From: Marsupella aquatica
Lineage: Eukaryota; Plantae; Marchantiophyta
Assembly: GCA_973895155.1 (NCBI GenBank)
Contig: OZ316897.1
Location: 9,571,832 to 9,635,831, forward strand
Length of the DNA stretch: 64,000 nt
Direction of reading: 5' to 3'
Part shown: positions 12,219-23,921 of the stretch, one piece after another
Layout: each line of letters begins with the position of its first letter
Position numbering within the stretch: position 1 is the stretch's first letter
Made by a program: the position numbers and the translations under genes
Notes under the pieces: generated by a model
The model's database searches: none
Seen by the model: only the letters and a program-made list of their open reading frames with translations
What the model was told of the DNA's origin: nothing

Positions 12219-13932
12219 TCAATTCCATTTCCGCTTCCACAGAGCAATTTTGTCTCGGCAAACTCCTCTCCATTGACCTGTAGTTCTTTCTACTTCTACA
12301 GAATATTTTTATCTGGGCAACCTCTCTACAGTTACACCCTTTCCCTTCGAACAGTTGAATGTAAACTCCGGCCAGTTAGTTGTTACCATTAGTCCAGGTA
12401 GGGTTAAGGCAACTAACATTATCAGGGAGAGGGAGGAACGAACTTGTAGTTCCAAATTTTTGTAGGCCCAGGATAAGGAACAGTGTCCATCATGCACTGC
12501 TGCGATTTGCAGCTTTAGGGGCGATAATTGGTAAATAACGATGACGAGCCCCTTTCTAATATGAATGGTGTAGACCATATTTGAATAAACCAAATGACAA
12601 TTTTCTTAGTCAGATGACACGAACAATCAAGGGCTGTTGCAGGTACTGGCAAGGAATCAGCTTTGACATTGCTTTTACTCGTGCGATTTTGTACCTTACA
12701 TATGGTGATACTGTGAATTGCTTAAGAACCGTGTTATGTCTTAAAGTTGATAGACGAAATTTAAGGGCCATGCTCTCCAGAAAGCCTTCAATTCGAGTTG
12801 TGCTAATAGAAATTTCTTCTCCGATAGACTTACGTCTGTATCAAAAATACTGAACTATCACAGAGGTGATACCTCTGGATATACGCTGTGTCCCTCTACA
12901 TGTTGTCCCCCACATCTTCATTGTCACCCAGAACGAATTGCAATATTGTCTCTGGAATAGTGCTGTGATAGAAAGTTTTCTTCACAATTTACTGTTGCAT
13001 GCACATCCGACCACTGCAGTTCCAAGGGTCCTGAGATGCCATTTAGGGCGTCACAATCTCGTTATCAAAATCAGAGGTCCTCGTAAGACTATCTTGTCGG
13101 GCCCTCCCAAGTTGTGTATGCATATCTTGTGTGAGTGTTGAAGCAGAGTGCTCCTGCCATTAACCGTGATGCACGAGAGCACCACAGATATGAAGTCTCA
13201 GCCCATAGTACTGAAGGCTATCCAGTTCTCATTGGCCTTCAGTTTTCCTGCTATTGGAAGAGTACGAAGAAGATTCAATTATCGATTCAGTAAAAGCAAG
13301 AGACTTTAAGTTTTCATTTTGGCCTTGCAAGCTCATGCTTACCGAAACAATCCACTGAAAATCAGGCTCAATTCACAATTAAGTACATCTTCCTGTTCAA
13401 TCACATCATGAGTTTCCACGGTGGTCCTCTACCAGGACTAAGGGAGACACGTCCAGAGCCTAGAGAAGGAACAAATGCACTTCTCAGGCACCGGAGAACT
13501 CGGTCACATATTGACAGACAAGTCCTTAAAAGAACGGTAAACCTTTATTTCGACGGAGCTCATGAACTCCGCAACAGTTCTTCCCAATCATAAATAGAAG
13601 TCGGACAAGACTCAGCCGTGCAATCTAAACTGCAGCACAATGAATGAACCACTGCGGATAACAGGTTAGTAGAACCAGGCTGCTGGACTCTAGAAAATGA
13701 AACAGAAAATTCTCAGGTAAGGTATTCCCAATGTGCTCACTGCCTTCGCACGGCAATTGAAGGGTTCCGCCTTCAGATCCCTTTTGCGCATGTCAATGGG
13801 AGTAGACTTAGTGCCTAAATTATATATTCTCAGAGTCTAGAGGGAATCAAGTCTGCTGCGTTAGAAGTTGAAACACTAGTTAATCCAGGACTCATATTCG
13901 CGGCGGAGCATATTGACCCCTCAGAAGCTATG

Positions 13933-16769
13933 CTATTGTGACATTTTGGCGGTGAGCTCTCTCACGAGTTTTGCTGCCACCATAGCTGTCATTCCATCAA
14001 CGGTGTCCCTTTGGGGATTGAATTCCACCACATCACCTCCGACAATATTTCCTTGTAGGTTTTGCAAAATGTTCATCACATCACGGAACGAGAGACCCCC
14101 AGGTTCAATATGGGACACCCCTGGGGCAAAGGCTGGGTCAAGACAGTCGACGTCGATTGAGACGTAAACACCCTTCACCCCTTCACCTAAGCTCTGCATG
14201 CACATGGGAAAGTTTGCACCAGATCTTAGACTAATTCAAGCTGAACTGGAATTCTTGTATGTAAATCAGTTCAGCACACACCATTCATTTGGTGGATAAT
14301 ATTACAATTAAGCTGTCTAGCTTCTAAGCACAAGCAGAGCGGGATTTCACAAAAGTCGAAAGAGGTACCAAGTTTTCTAAAAATTCTTTGTCTTGGCTAA
14401 ATGTTCGCATTTCAAATTGTTCCACTCCAAACTTTTTCCCCTGCTCCCTCCCTTCCTTGTTGATTGAACGTATTCCAACCTGCGTTTGGAATGAAGCGTG
14501 AAAATTGTGCCAAACGAACTGCATTGCATGATATTATGTTATCCAAAGATAAGCTCATCTTGAATCCAAGCTAGTAATCAATCCGCACCCTAGGGAAGCC
14601 TCGTAACTTCACCTTTTGCCTCGCCTACATACACTTTTACAGCCAGCTTCTCCTAAATATATCCTCTGTGATGAGGACAACTTTCTGTTTTATGACCTCG
14701 CTGTCATTAAAATTACGCAGGCCAGTACAGGCCTTCCGAAAGTGTACTGAGCGACGAAAGTAGTCAAAAGCCTAACCCCAACAAGCTGCAGTAAACTAGA
14801 GTGAGAGCAGTACCTGAAGAAGGCGCCGAGCATATCCCCCCTCCATGATTCGAGCAAATGAAGAAGCATGAGAGTAGTAGTTCCCCTCAAATTGATGGTA
14901 AATGTCGGGATGTGCATCCAAGTGAAGAATATCAACTTGACCACCCAGATACTCGGAAACAGCCCTCACAACAGGGAATGAAATTGAGTGGTCTCCACCT
15001 AGAACAAGAGGACGTAGAGGAGCCTGAAAACATCCAACAGGCATCAACCCGTGTCATGTCACTTACATCCTACGAGACAAATTGATTTCATTTAATTTTT
15101 CGAGCTGTCTATTTGAAATCTTACAACGAAAAACAACCTCACCAACCTCATCCATGACGAGTTTCACAGCATCCGTTATAGTCTGCATCAAGCGTTGGTC
15201 ATCTACTCCACAGGCGCGCATCTCTTGAATCGGGACATCTCCCACGTCCGTCATAACGCAAACATCTTGCAGGTCCTTCCCTACACTATCCAGCTCAGGT
15301 AACATTGTCAATCCACTGTCCTTTCCAAGATCAAACAGTTGACCATGCAGTCCACTGCTAAAACTTAAGTCATAATTTCCATTCTTACTTTATCTAGGTC
15401 TAGATCCTTTTTCTAGACCTGTCAACCCACACAACCCCATCAACATGTTGACTCAATGAATGTGTGGTCTAATATATCTGCTATGACATTCACGACCGTC
15501 ATGAATTATAAGGTCCGTATTGAAGGCGAATTGAAACCTACCGGCTTCAGTTGCAGAATTAGTACTGCCGCACCAGATCGCTTCCCTAATGCGCGGGGGA
15601 GAAAACGCCGGACCCTGAAGGAAAGAAGAATTGTGGCCCATGGGAACTCCGAGCAAGCAGGCAGTTGCTGTGGCCCCTCCATGCGCTCGCACTTCTTCTG
15701 CCTGCCAAGTTTGGCGCACAGTCAGTACTTTAATGCCATTTACAGAACCCTGTCTCTTTTGCTGAGGCAATCGACAACAGTCACCTTACCATCGGGCCAT
15801 TTTCAAAAGGGAAGGCGGCGTCAGAAGTGCACACTGTCAGACTGCAACTTCGACATATAAATGTCACGGAAGCAGGAAATAATAAAATAATAACAGATGA
15901 ATTATCATGTGATCACGGCATATTGGACCTGACAAGCCAGGAGAATGTTTGATGCTTCAGTTCATCCATTGATTACTGACAAGGGAATCACAACAGCTGT
16001 ACTAAGTCCAGTAAGACATCATCAAATTCCTAGGAGAACTCAAAATTCAAGAGAATGTTTGGCTGGTTCAATTTATCAAATTTTGCACACCGAATGACAT
16101 TAGCTGGGCTAAGAACCCAAGTCCAGAGGTACAATTCACACATTTTTCGAAATTTGAACTTTCAAGAGGACTTCAGTCCATGGACGGACAGGACCATATG
16201 AGAAACAGGTTATAATGAGCGACAGTAGACGACCAAAAGCAGATAAAATGCTACAGCGAACCAAGCGCAGGAAACTCTGCTTACAAGCTAGCGAAAAGTG
16301 AAAGTTTGAATTGAAGTTCGCCCGGAACCAAAAGGGCCATGAACCAGTAGTACAGAGGCTAAATTAGAAGTCAAAATAGAGTCCTTGTCCACAGCAGGTG
16401 GGTGCCCAAATCAAGAGACTTTCTGGCAAGTAAGCGGATTGTGTGGTCTCAACATGGACAGGAATAGAGCGTCCGAAGATGGAGCGCTTTCTTAAAAGTT
16501 GTCTATCGCCCAAAGGAAAGCGTACCAAAACCATTCAGGAGTTTAACACGATGTGGAAGGGAATGGACAGGAGGAATTGTTGACGGCGTGGTGCAGGGAC
16601 TAACTTTGAGACGAGCTCGCTCCCGAATGAGAGTGAGGGAAGCGTCCACCACGCGGTTCTGCCCCTGCTTAAGCGATTCGTCCGTCATCGCCCTCGCCAG
16701 GCTCAGACTGCGGCTTCCACGCTTCTGCAGCGCTTCTCTAATCGCTCGTCTCGCCATTACCCCTGCCAT
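13933..16769 (-). CDS. ARGAH: Arginase (plant ureohydrolase, probable mitochondrial presequence)
   Basis: Six exons: 16769-16605, 15701-15542, 15280-15147, 15023-14814, 14479-14369, 14193-13933. Motifs: GQNRVVDASLTLIRERA, GHNSSFLQGPAFSPPRIREAIWCGSTNS, GGDHS, LHLDAHPD, YSHASSFARIMEGG, SIDVDCLDPAFAPGVS. Arg-rich N-terminus. Confidence 0.96.
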
Positions 16770-17309
16770 CACTCCTCTCACACGTTAACACAAACACACG
16801 CACACAAAGATCCCCCTCCCCTGTTCACAACTACACTAGACGATTCAGGACACAATTCGCTTCCCCTTACGCTTCCAGCTCTCGCTTTCTCTCTGATGCA
16901 CTTAATCACTTCCTCCAGCTGAATGGCTGCTGCTGCTGCTGTGGAGTTCCTCGAGGATCAACTCTTCCGCGCAAATCCGTTTTGCGGTGATGATGACAAG
17001 ACCGCAACCAAACGAAACGCTCCACCAATTCACCCCAAATTATTAGTTAATCCAGATTCAATCACTCGTTCACTGCTGACTTTAATAATCTTTACTTCAC
17101 GCACGCACTCATGACTGATGATGGCATCCCCTGAACCCCCGTCGAGGGTCAGATTTTAGTGTTCTTTGCGGCTGGTTTTGTCCCAATCGGTTGTGACAAG
17201 AAGAAAAACGGACAGAACGGAACCCAACACAATCTGTACACCACACTGACGAGGAACAAAAAGCGAAAATCGGGAGACAGGATCCCAGAGGCAGAGAACC
17301 CAATACAGA

Positions 17310-17490
17310 AATGAAGAGAAATGAAGAGAAGAGAAGCGCAAAGAAGAGTAGAACAGGAAAGAGACGAGAAGGGAAGGGAAGAGAAGGGAAGGGAAGAGAA
17401 GATACGAGAAAAGGAGCAGAACAGAAACGAGAGAAGAGCAGCACAGAAACACAGAAGAGAAGAGAAGAGAAGAGAAGAGGACAAGAGGGT
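17310..17490. repeat. GA-rich degenerate (AAGAG/AAGGG)n tract upstream of arginase
   Basis: Purine-dominated pentamer repeats, CT-rich on the arginase sense strand. Confidence 0.8.
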
Positions 17491-17927
17491 GGGTGGATGG
17501 GTGGGTGGGAAGAATTTGGAAAGAATGTTCGACGAGCAAGTGCCCTTTTCTCTCGTCGAGAGACAACAGGATGAGAATTGACAAGGAGGTGATGCGAGAG
17601 AGGACCCAGTAGACGGTAGCAGGCAGAAACAAGACGCCCACGAAGAGCAGCAAGGGGCATATATGGTCGTCATGGCGACAATGGGAGAGCGTCATCTTCA
17701 GTTCCAAATCAGGCAAATCTTCCAGAAATAGCGCAAGAGGGGCACAACACGAAGAAATGATGGTTGGAAAGCAATTGCCTTGGGTCAGTTGGTCATAGGC
17801 CCAACTCGAATCTAAGGGGTCCTTGGTGAAGCGGCCCTCTACTTCACACGAGGATTCAGTAGGGCTTCTCAAATCCCTCCTTGGGGCTTCTCAAATCCCT
17901 CCTTTCTGCCTCTGGTTGGGGTCAGTG

Positions 17928-18100
17928 ACAAATTCCCAGAAAAACAATGATGGATACTAAATTGAGTGTCCACACACCCCTGACCCGTGACCTATTTTGT
18001 AGTTTTGGGCATCAACAAATTCCCAGGAAAAAATGACGAACATGAAAATGAGTGTCCACACACTCCGCACCCGTGACCAAAATTGGTAGTTTTGGGCTTA
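17928..18100. repeat. About 88-bp tandem duplication
   Basis: acaaattcccag...tgagtgtccacacac...acccgtgacc...tagttttgggc begins at 17928 and again at 18016. Confidence 0.8.
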
Positions 18101-19962
18101 GTTTGTTTCTGCAAACTTCAAGGTTTGAGACTCCCTATTGAAAATATTGTGGAGATACCAGCGGGGCTTACGCCAAAAAAGTGCAGAACCAAGCGCAAGG
18201 GCAGTGCTTTCCCTAAGTCACCCAGAGTGACTAGTCCCACTAATTGTAATTAATCCCACTAATTGAGGTGTTAGCTTTGAATATTGCACACTGAGAATTG
18301 TGGCATAAACTAAGATACAAAGCAAATAGTGTGACTAACATACTTAATTAGTGTGATTCAGATTAGAAAAAATGTGCACGCAATTTAGTGTGAGTCACTC
18401 CAATTTTGGTGTCACACTAATTATATAGTCACACTATTTAAGGTGGACAGTGTAGCTGAAACCTACCCTATATGTGCTAGGCATTCACACATCTGCCTGA
18501 AGCATTATGCCAAATAACAACAGTGCAAAGTTCAAACTAAAATTCTAGGAAGGTGTCTCAGTACAGATTTACCCATCCCCTGAAGAAGGAAATGGGCAGG
18601 AACTCCCCACCCAAACTTTCAAACTAGTCAAAGGTTTTTTGTCACATTAACAGATCTAGGGCGTGTGCCTGCTAGCTAGGAGACAAATCATTATGGTTGA
18701 GTTGCATCATGCAGATTGCATTGGGGAATTGGGACAGGTAGGGTAGGCTGGAGAGCCAAAGGGCTCGAGAGCCTTAACACGGTGTATATTTAACACATCC
18801 CTCATGCAGTAAACAATCAGAGTCAAGATGCATAGTATTACCTCCTGGCCAGGCTGGCCTGCAGGCCCCAGAAGTTTTGCACAAGTACATCATGAAAATT
18901 TGAGAAAAGGTTAGATGGACCGTATAAATATAACTAAGAGGCAAGACTTATGGTTCCGGGAACCACACTGGTTAGTCTCAGTTAGAGTAGCACTGCCCAC
19001 CTCCGAAACCCCCAGTTGTGGTTACTCCCCTCAGTTGGTTGCAAGGTCTATGTGTCGTGCATTTTGTTTTTGAGAAATAAATTCATAAGTGGGATGCCAG
19101 CTACTCAATGTTCTTCACTATTTTTCTCTTCATAATTTTCAGTGTTTTGCAAAGAAGAATTCAAAGTCCAAATTTGGATAGAGGCATTCTGACACTTCTC
19201 CTCTATTTTTACTAAAAACAGTATAAGTAAAACATCTCTTAGGCCTTTAAGTGTGTTTTAGCACCCCCTTACAAGGTCATTTATCAACCACACTAACATC
19301 CAATACCTCCAAAAGGAGTCATTGTCTGAAAACAAATCAACTTTTGGAGGGAATCGATGACATCCTTCAGATTTACTCTGTCAATTTTGGGGGCTGCGGG
19401 ATTTCCTGGAAATGGGATAGATTATAAACCTACACAAATGTGTATAACTAATAATTATGTGTCCAAGGAATGCAAATGTAATGAACAGAATTCACATGAA
19501 TGTACATAAGTGCGAGCTATACAGGGTACAACCTACACCCAATTAGTAGTGAGCATGACCACTACTACCCACTAGGAAGACGAAGGATTATCAATGAATC
19601 TTTTTGTATTTTGTTGATACTTTTGTCTTGTCCAGTTTTGCAAAGGTTGTACCTTTTCCCTTTTACTAATGTGTTTAGGAGGTGGTGAGCCACCCTTTGA
19701 AAGTTTGTTTTTATTCTAATCTAGGATGTAATATTTATTTTCAGGGTGGTTGTTGTTGGGCCTTTTTTCCTTTGGGGGAAGGGACTGAGGGGCAACTTCT
19801 TTTAAAGTGCAAGTATTTTTGGGTTGATGTTGCATGAATGGAGGGAAGGGCGAGGATTAAGGAGGACCAATCCTCCTTGATCCTAGGCCCTCCCCTCCCT
19901 AGTGGTCCTCCCTCCCACTCAAGGACTCCCCCTCCTCCCTCCCTTTCAAGTGTACAATTATA

Positions 19963-20900
19963 GTTCTCTATGAAATGAGTAAAGAGTTCATCATGACTAT
20001 TCTTCTCACTTTTCACTTTTCAATGTTGAATGTATTGTTCTTTCACTTTGTAAGTTGTAACTTTTCTCCATAAATTGATATATACTAAACTACATATTGT
20101 ATGCATTGACATCTTTTGCACAGTCAAACTTTAAATGCAACAATTGCTTTTGTAGAATGACCTACTTTATGTAGCAACATCTCTTACGCAACTACCTCTT
20201 TTATGCAAAAACCTTGTTACATAATGATGTCCTTTCTTCCACACGGGTTCCCACAACATCTTTTGCACAATGAGATCATTTCCATGACACCGTCTTTTGC
20301 ACAAAACAGTATTTTGGCAATGACATCTCTTACACAACAACATCATTTTCTTTACTAAGTCTCTTCCATAGTGATATCTTTTGCACAACCGCATCCTTCT
20401 TCTATGAAATGAGTGGAGAGTTCATCATGAGTATTCTTTTCATTTTCAGTGTAGAATATGTTTTTCTTTCACTTTGTAAGTTGTAACATTTTCTCCATAA
20501 ATTGATGTTGAGTAAACCACATATTTTATGCATTGGACCTTTTATGCAATCAAACTCTAAATGCAACAACTTCTTTTGTGGAAAGACCTCTTTTATGTAA
20601 CGTCTCTTATGCAAGTACCTCTTTTATGCAACAACCTTTATTACAGAATGATGTCCTTTCCTTCCACAACATGTTTTGCACAACAAGACCATTTCCATGA
20701 CAACATCTTTTGCACGACAATGTCATTTCTGCAATGACATCTTGTGCACAACAACATCATTTCTGCAATGACATCTCTTGTCCCATGATATCTTTTGCAC
20801 AACATCATTTCTGCAACAATGTCTTGTGAGCATCGACATCTTGCAGAACAGTGTCTCTTGGCAACAATAAAATCTTTTATGCAAAGACATCATCTGTGCA
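19963..20900. repeat. About 435-bp direct repeat with embedded degenerate 16-17-bp acatcttttgcacaac-type units
   Basis: tctatgaaatgagt..agagttcatcatga...ctttcactttgtaagttgtaac at about 19966 and 20401; many atgacatct/ttttgcaca units. Confidence 0.8.
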
Positions 20901-21029
20901 AGGCACAACTGAACTAGTGAGCAATAAAGACCCCCAAAACTCAAGCTAAAGCTCTATTTTAGGGTTTTGTGGCCCATAATTTTCTATTACCACAATGTTA
21001 CTCTATTCTAACCCGGGTTCTTGCTAACA

Positions 21030-21245
21030 GGTTCACATGAGAGATATATGGTTCACCTCCATTGAGGCTATGTCTAGGGGAACACACAAGAGCTTTACTA
21101 CATTCTACCTGTCAGCCATACCAAGCCTACTAAGCCCATTCAAGCTCTCCAAGAATGCTCCTCCTAGCACCTAGCTCGTTCCCTCAACAATGAGCATGAG
21201 TCTCCAAGAGGAGCTCTCCCTTGTCCCTCTATATACTAGAGACCC
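21030..21245 (-). mobile_element. LTR fragment related to the solo LTR at 47109-47837
   Basis: gagagatatatggttcacctccattgaggctatgtctaggggaacacacaagagctttact closely matches 47344-47405. Boundaries are unclear. Confidence 0.6.
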
Positions 21246-22786
21246 CGGGGTCCTCACTTATTTCTTTTCTACCCATCACGCGAAAGTAAGGGGTTGCGTA
21301 TTGGGTTGAGAGGAATACTTTTAAATTTTCGTGGAAGAACATTAGGGATTTTAAAATCCAATTTTGAGAATTATAAGAGAAGATAGGATTTTAGAAATGA
21401 TTTTTGGGAATATTTTAAAAATACTCCAAAAAGATAGGGGTAGAAAAATTGCTTAAAAAACTTTAACTTCTTATATTTTAGGGTGTTTAATAGTTAAAAA
21501 CGTCAAGCTATTATGAGACCCCCTATAGAGTGAGGCCCCCGAGCTAGCGACTAGAGTTGTCGCTAATCCTTAATTTTGATTAGCCTAAGTAAGCCAAGTT
21601 AACCCAAGACTAGAATTAACCCTTACAAGCAGGAACAAAGTGAGAGACCGAACCCAACGTCATGGGTTGCAGAGGGTGCTCGGTTAGGGTAGAAATTAGT
21701 TTGTGGACCCCTTGGCTAATAAAATCAGGGGGAAGAGTCTATTTGAGCTGTCTCCATTTTTTATCTCCGAAAATCTCGTCCGTCCATTATAATGGCCAAT
21801 CTATGGCTCAAAAGAAAGATCTCAAATAGATCTATGGATGGGTTCTGTCCGTTTTGCAAATGGGTAAATATTTTTCAAATGAAAAATTAAACAAATCCAA
21901 GCCTTCCTAGCCGTTGATTTTGTTGATTTTACAATCTTTGCCGTCCATTTTGTAATGCCTCTAGAAATCTTATTCATCCATGTTAGAAGGCGATCTAGGG
22001 TGCAAAAGAAAGATCTCAATGAGATCTATGACTGGATATTTTTTGTTCTGAGAATGAATAAATAGTTGAGTATAAAATTCGATGAACTTTCAAGATTCCA
22101 ACCATTCCTCCTCCCTGATCCTGGGTTTCTATGTGCTCTTCCCAACATTAATGGCCATACAATACGAGAGGTCCTTACATACCGGGAGTTGTGGTTTAAC
22201 AAGGAAGTTATCAAGTTAGTTATTAGTCATTATTTATTATATGAAAAATACTTTTTATAAATCTTTGAATTTAAGTTTTAAAATTGGAAATGTAACTAAA
22301 ACTGTTACATAGTGACAGTTTTAATCTTCTTGCTCTTTGCATTTCCAATATTTTTACTTTTCTTTTTACGACATGGCGTCCCAAAATTTACACCCAAATT
22401 GACACAAACACGAATGAAAACTATAAGTTTGATTCACAAAATCGACAAGTCTTGTTTGTTGCAGTTGTTGTTGACATGGCACGCTGTGGTGCCAGGAATT
22501 TTGGAAGGGACCTCTAGTGGGGTCCGTAAATAGGGATGACGGTAGATCTGATATTGATACTTGGTTGGATATAGATCAACTAATTGTTTCAATCTGATAC
22601 TGGTACTTGGTTGGATATTGATCGCCAGATTGTTTCAAAATAACAAGACTTAATTTGCTTTCCTCGTTGTGGAAAAAAGATGACAAAATTGTAATCAAAC
22701 TAAAAAGGGTGGCAAAGTATGTATTTGGTCAAAGAAGATGACAATGTCATAAATATCTATTTTAGTGCCTGGGTCCCTTTCTTCTA

Positions 22787-23395
22787 CTCTTCCTCCTCAC
22801 TACATAGGTAGGGGGGAACACCAACTATGTTACCAGAGTTTCAGACTCTCAAAATGTGGCTTTCCTCTTCCACCTTACTACATAGGTAGGGCAGAAAAAG
22901 TGGACGCTATTGGAGTTTCAAACTCTCAAAATGGGTCTTTTCTTCCTCCTCATTACATAATTAGAGGAGAAACACAAACTATGCTATTGAAGTTTCAAAC
23001 TCTCAAAATGGTGCTTTTCTCTTCCTCCTCATTACCTAGGAAGGGAAACAATGCTATCAGAAGTTTCTAGCTCTCAAAATGGGGCTTTACTCTTCCTCGT
23101 CACTACATAAATAGGGGAGAACGCCAAACTATGCTATCAGAGTTTCCAACTCTCAAAATGGTGCGTTACTCTTCCTCAGGTAGGGGAGAAAGGCAAACCA
23201 TGCCATAGGAGCTTTCAAACTGTCAAAATGGGCCTTTACTCGTCCTCCTCATTACATAGGCAGGGAGAACGAAAACTTATCCTATCAAAATTTCCAAAAC
23301 TCTCAAAATGGGCCTTTTTCTCCTCCTCAGTACACAGGTAGAGGAGAAAGATAAACCATGCTATCGGAGTTTCAAACTTTGAAATGGGGCTTTAC
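22787..23395. repeat. About 76-bp tandem array, about 8 copies, directly upstream of THO1
   Basis: Unit ctcttcctcctcattacataggtagggg...atgctatcagagtttcaaactctcaaaatgggg at about 22787, 22865, 22941, 23019, 23090, 23169, 23239 and 23319. Confidence 0.92.
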
Positions 23396-23727
23396 AAACT
23401 ACTGTGTTGTCCCTTGAAACTTGCGAACGCAGTGAAGAATTCGTTCATGAAGTTCTCCGTGCAATGCATTGAGCCTCGAGCTTTTATGGTAGATTTGATT
23501 TGATCGATCCGGAGGGCGCACAAGCGAAGGGTACAACGGAGAAGGAAACATCCCGAATGTGAGATTTCTTCGGAATCGTGTGAATTGATATTGCCGGATT
23601 TGGCGAAGGTGAGATGCCTGAATTCTTTCTATCTTTGCGCATTTTTAATTGATAGAGGGAGCTGGCGATAGGAATTTTCTATGGGAGAGGAGATTTTGGA
23701 TTAGAGCTTACAGTCTGTGAACAGGCA

Positions 23728-23760
23728 GAGGAGGAGGAGGAGGAGGAGGAGGAGGAGGAG
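23728..23760. repeat. (GAG)11 microsatellite in the THO1 5' region
   Basis: Direct inspection. Confidence 0.9.
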
Positions 23761-23921
23761 AGCAAGAAGGAAACTGGCCTGGTCTTGGTGCTCCAGACAG
23801 ACATGGTGCAATATCTGCAATCTCTACAAACAGAGGCGGTGGTTTTCTCCTCCGTTGTATTGATCATCCATCGAGTGCGGTCTTCGGTATGCGAGGTGTA
23901 GACGTGGACAAGAAGAGCAGT

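Noticed and set aside
17109-17872. Long F/S/L-rich and R/E/K-rich ORFs upstream of arginase, including a possible uORF at 17673
   Set aside because: They are translations of the GA microsatellite; the TSS is unknown and there is no conservation evidence.
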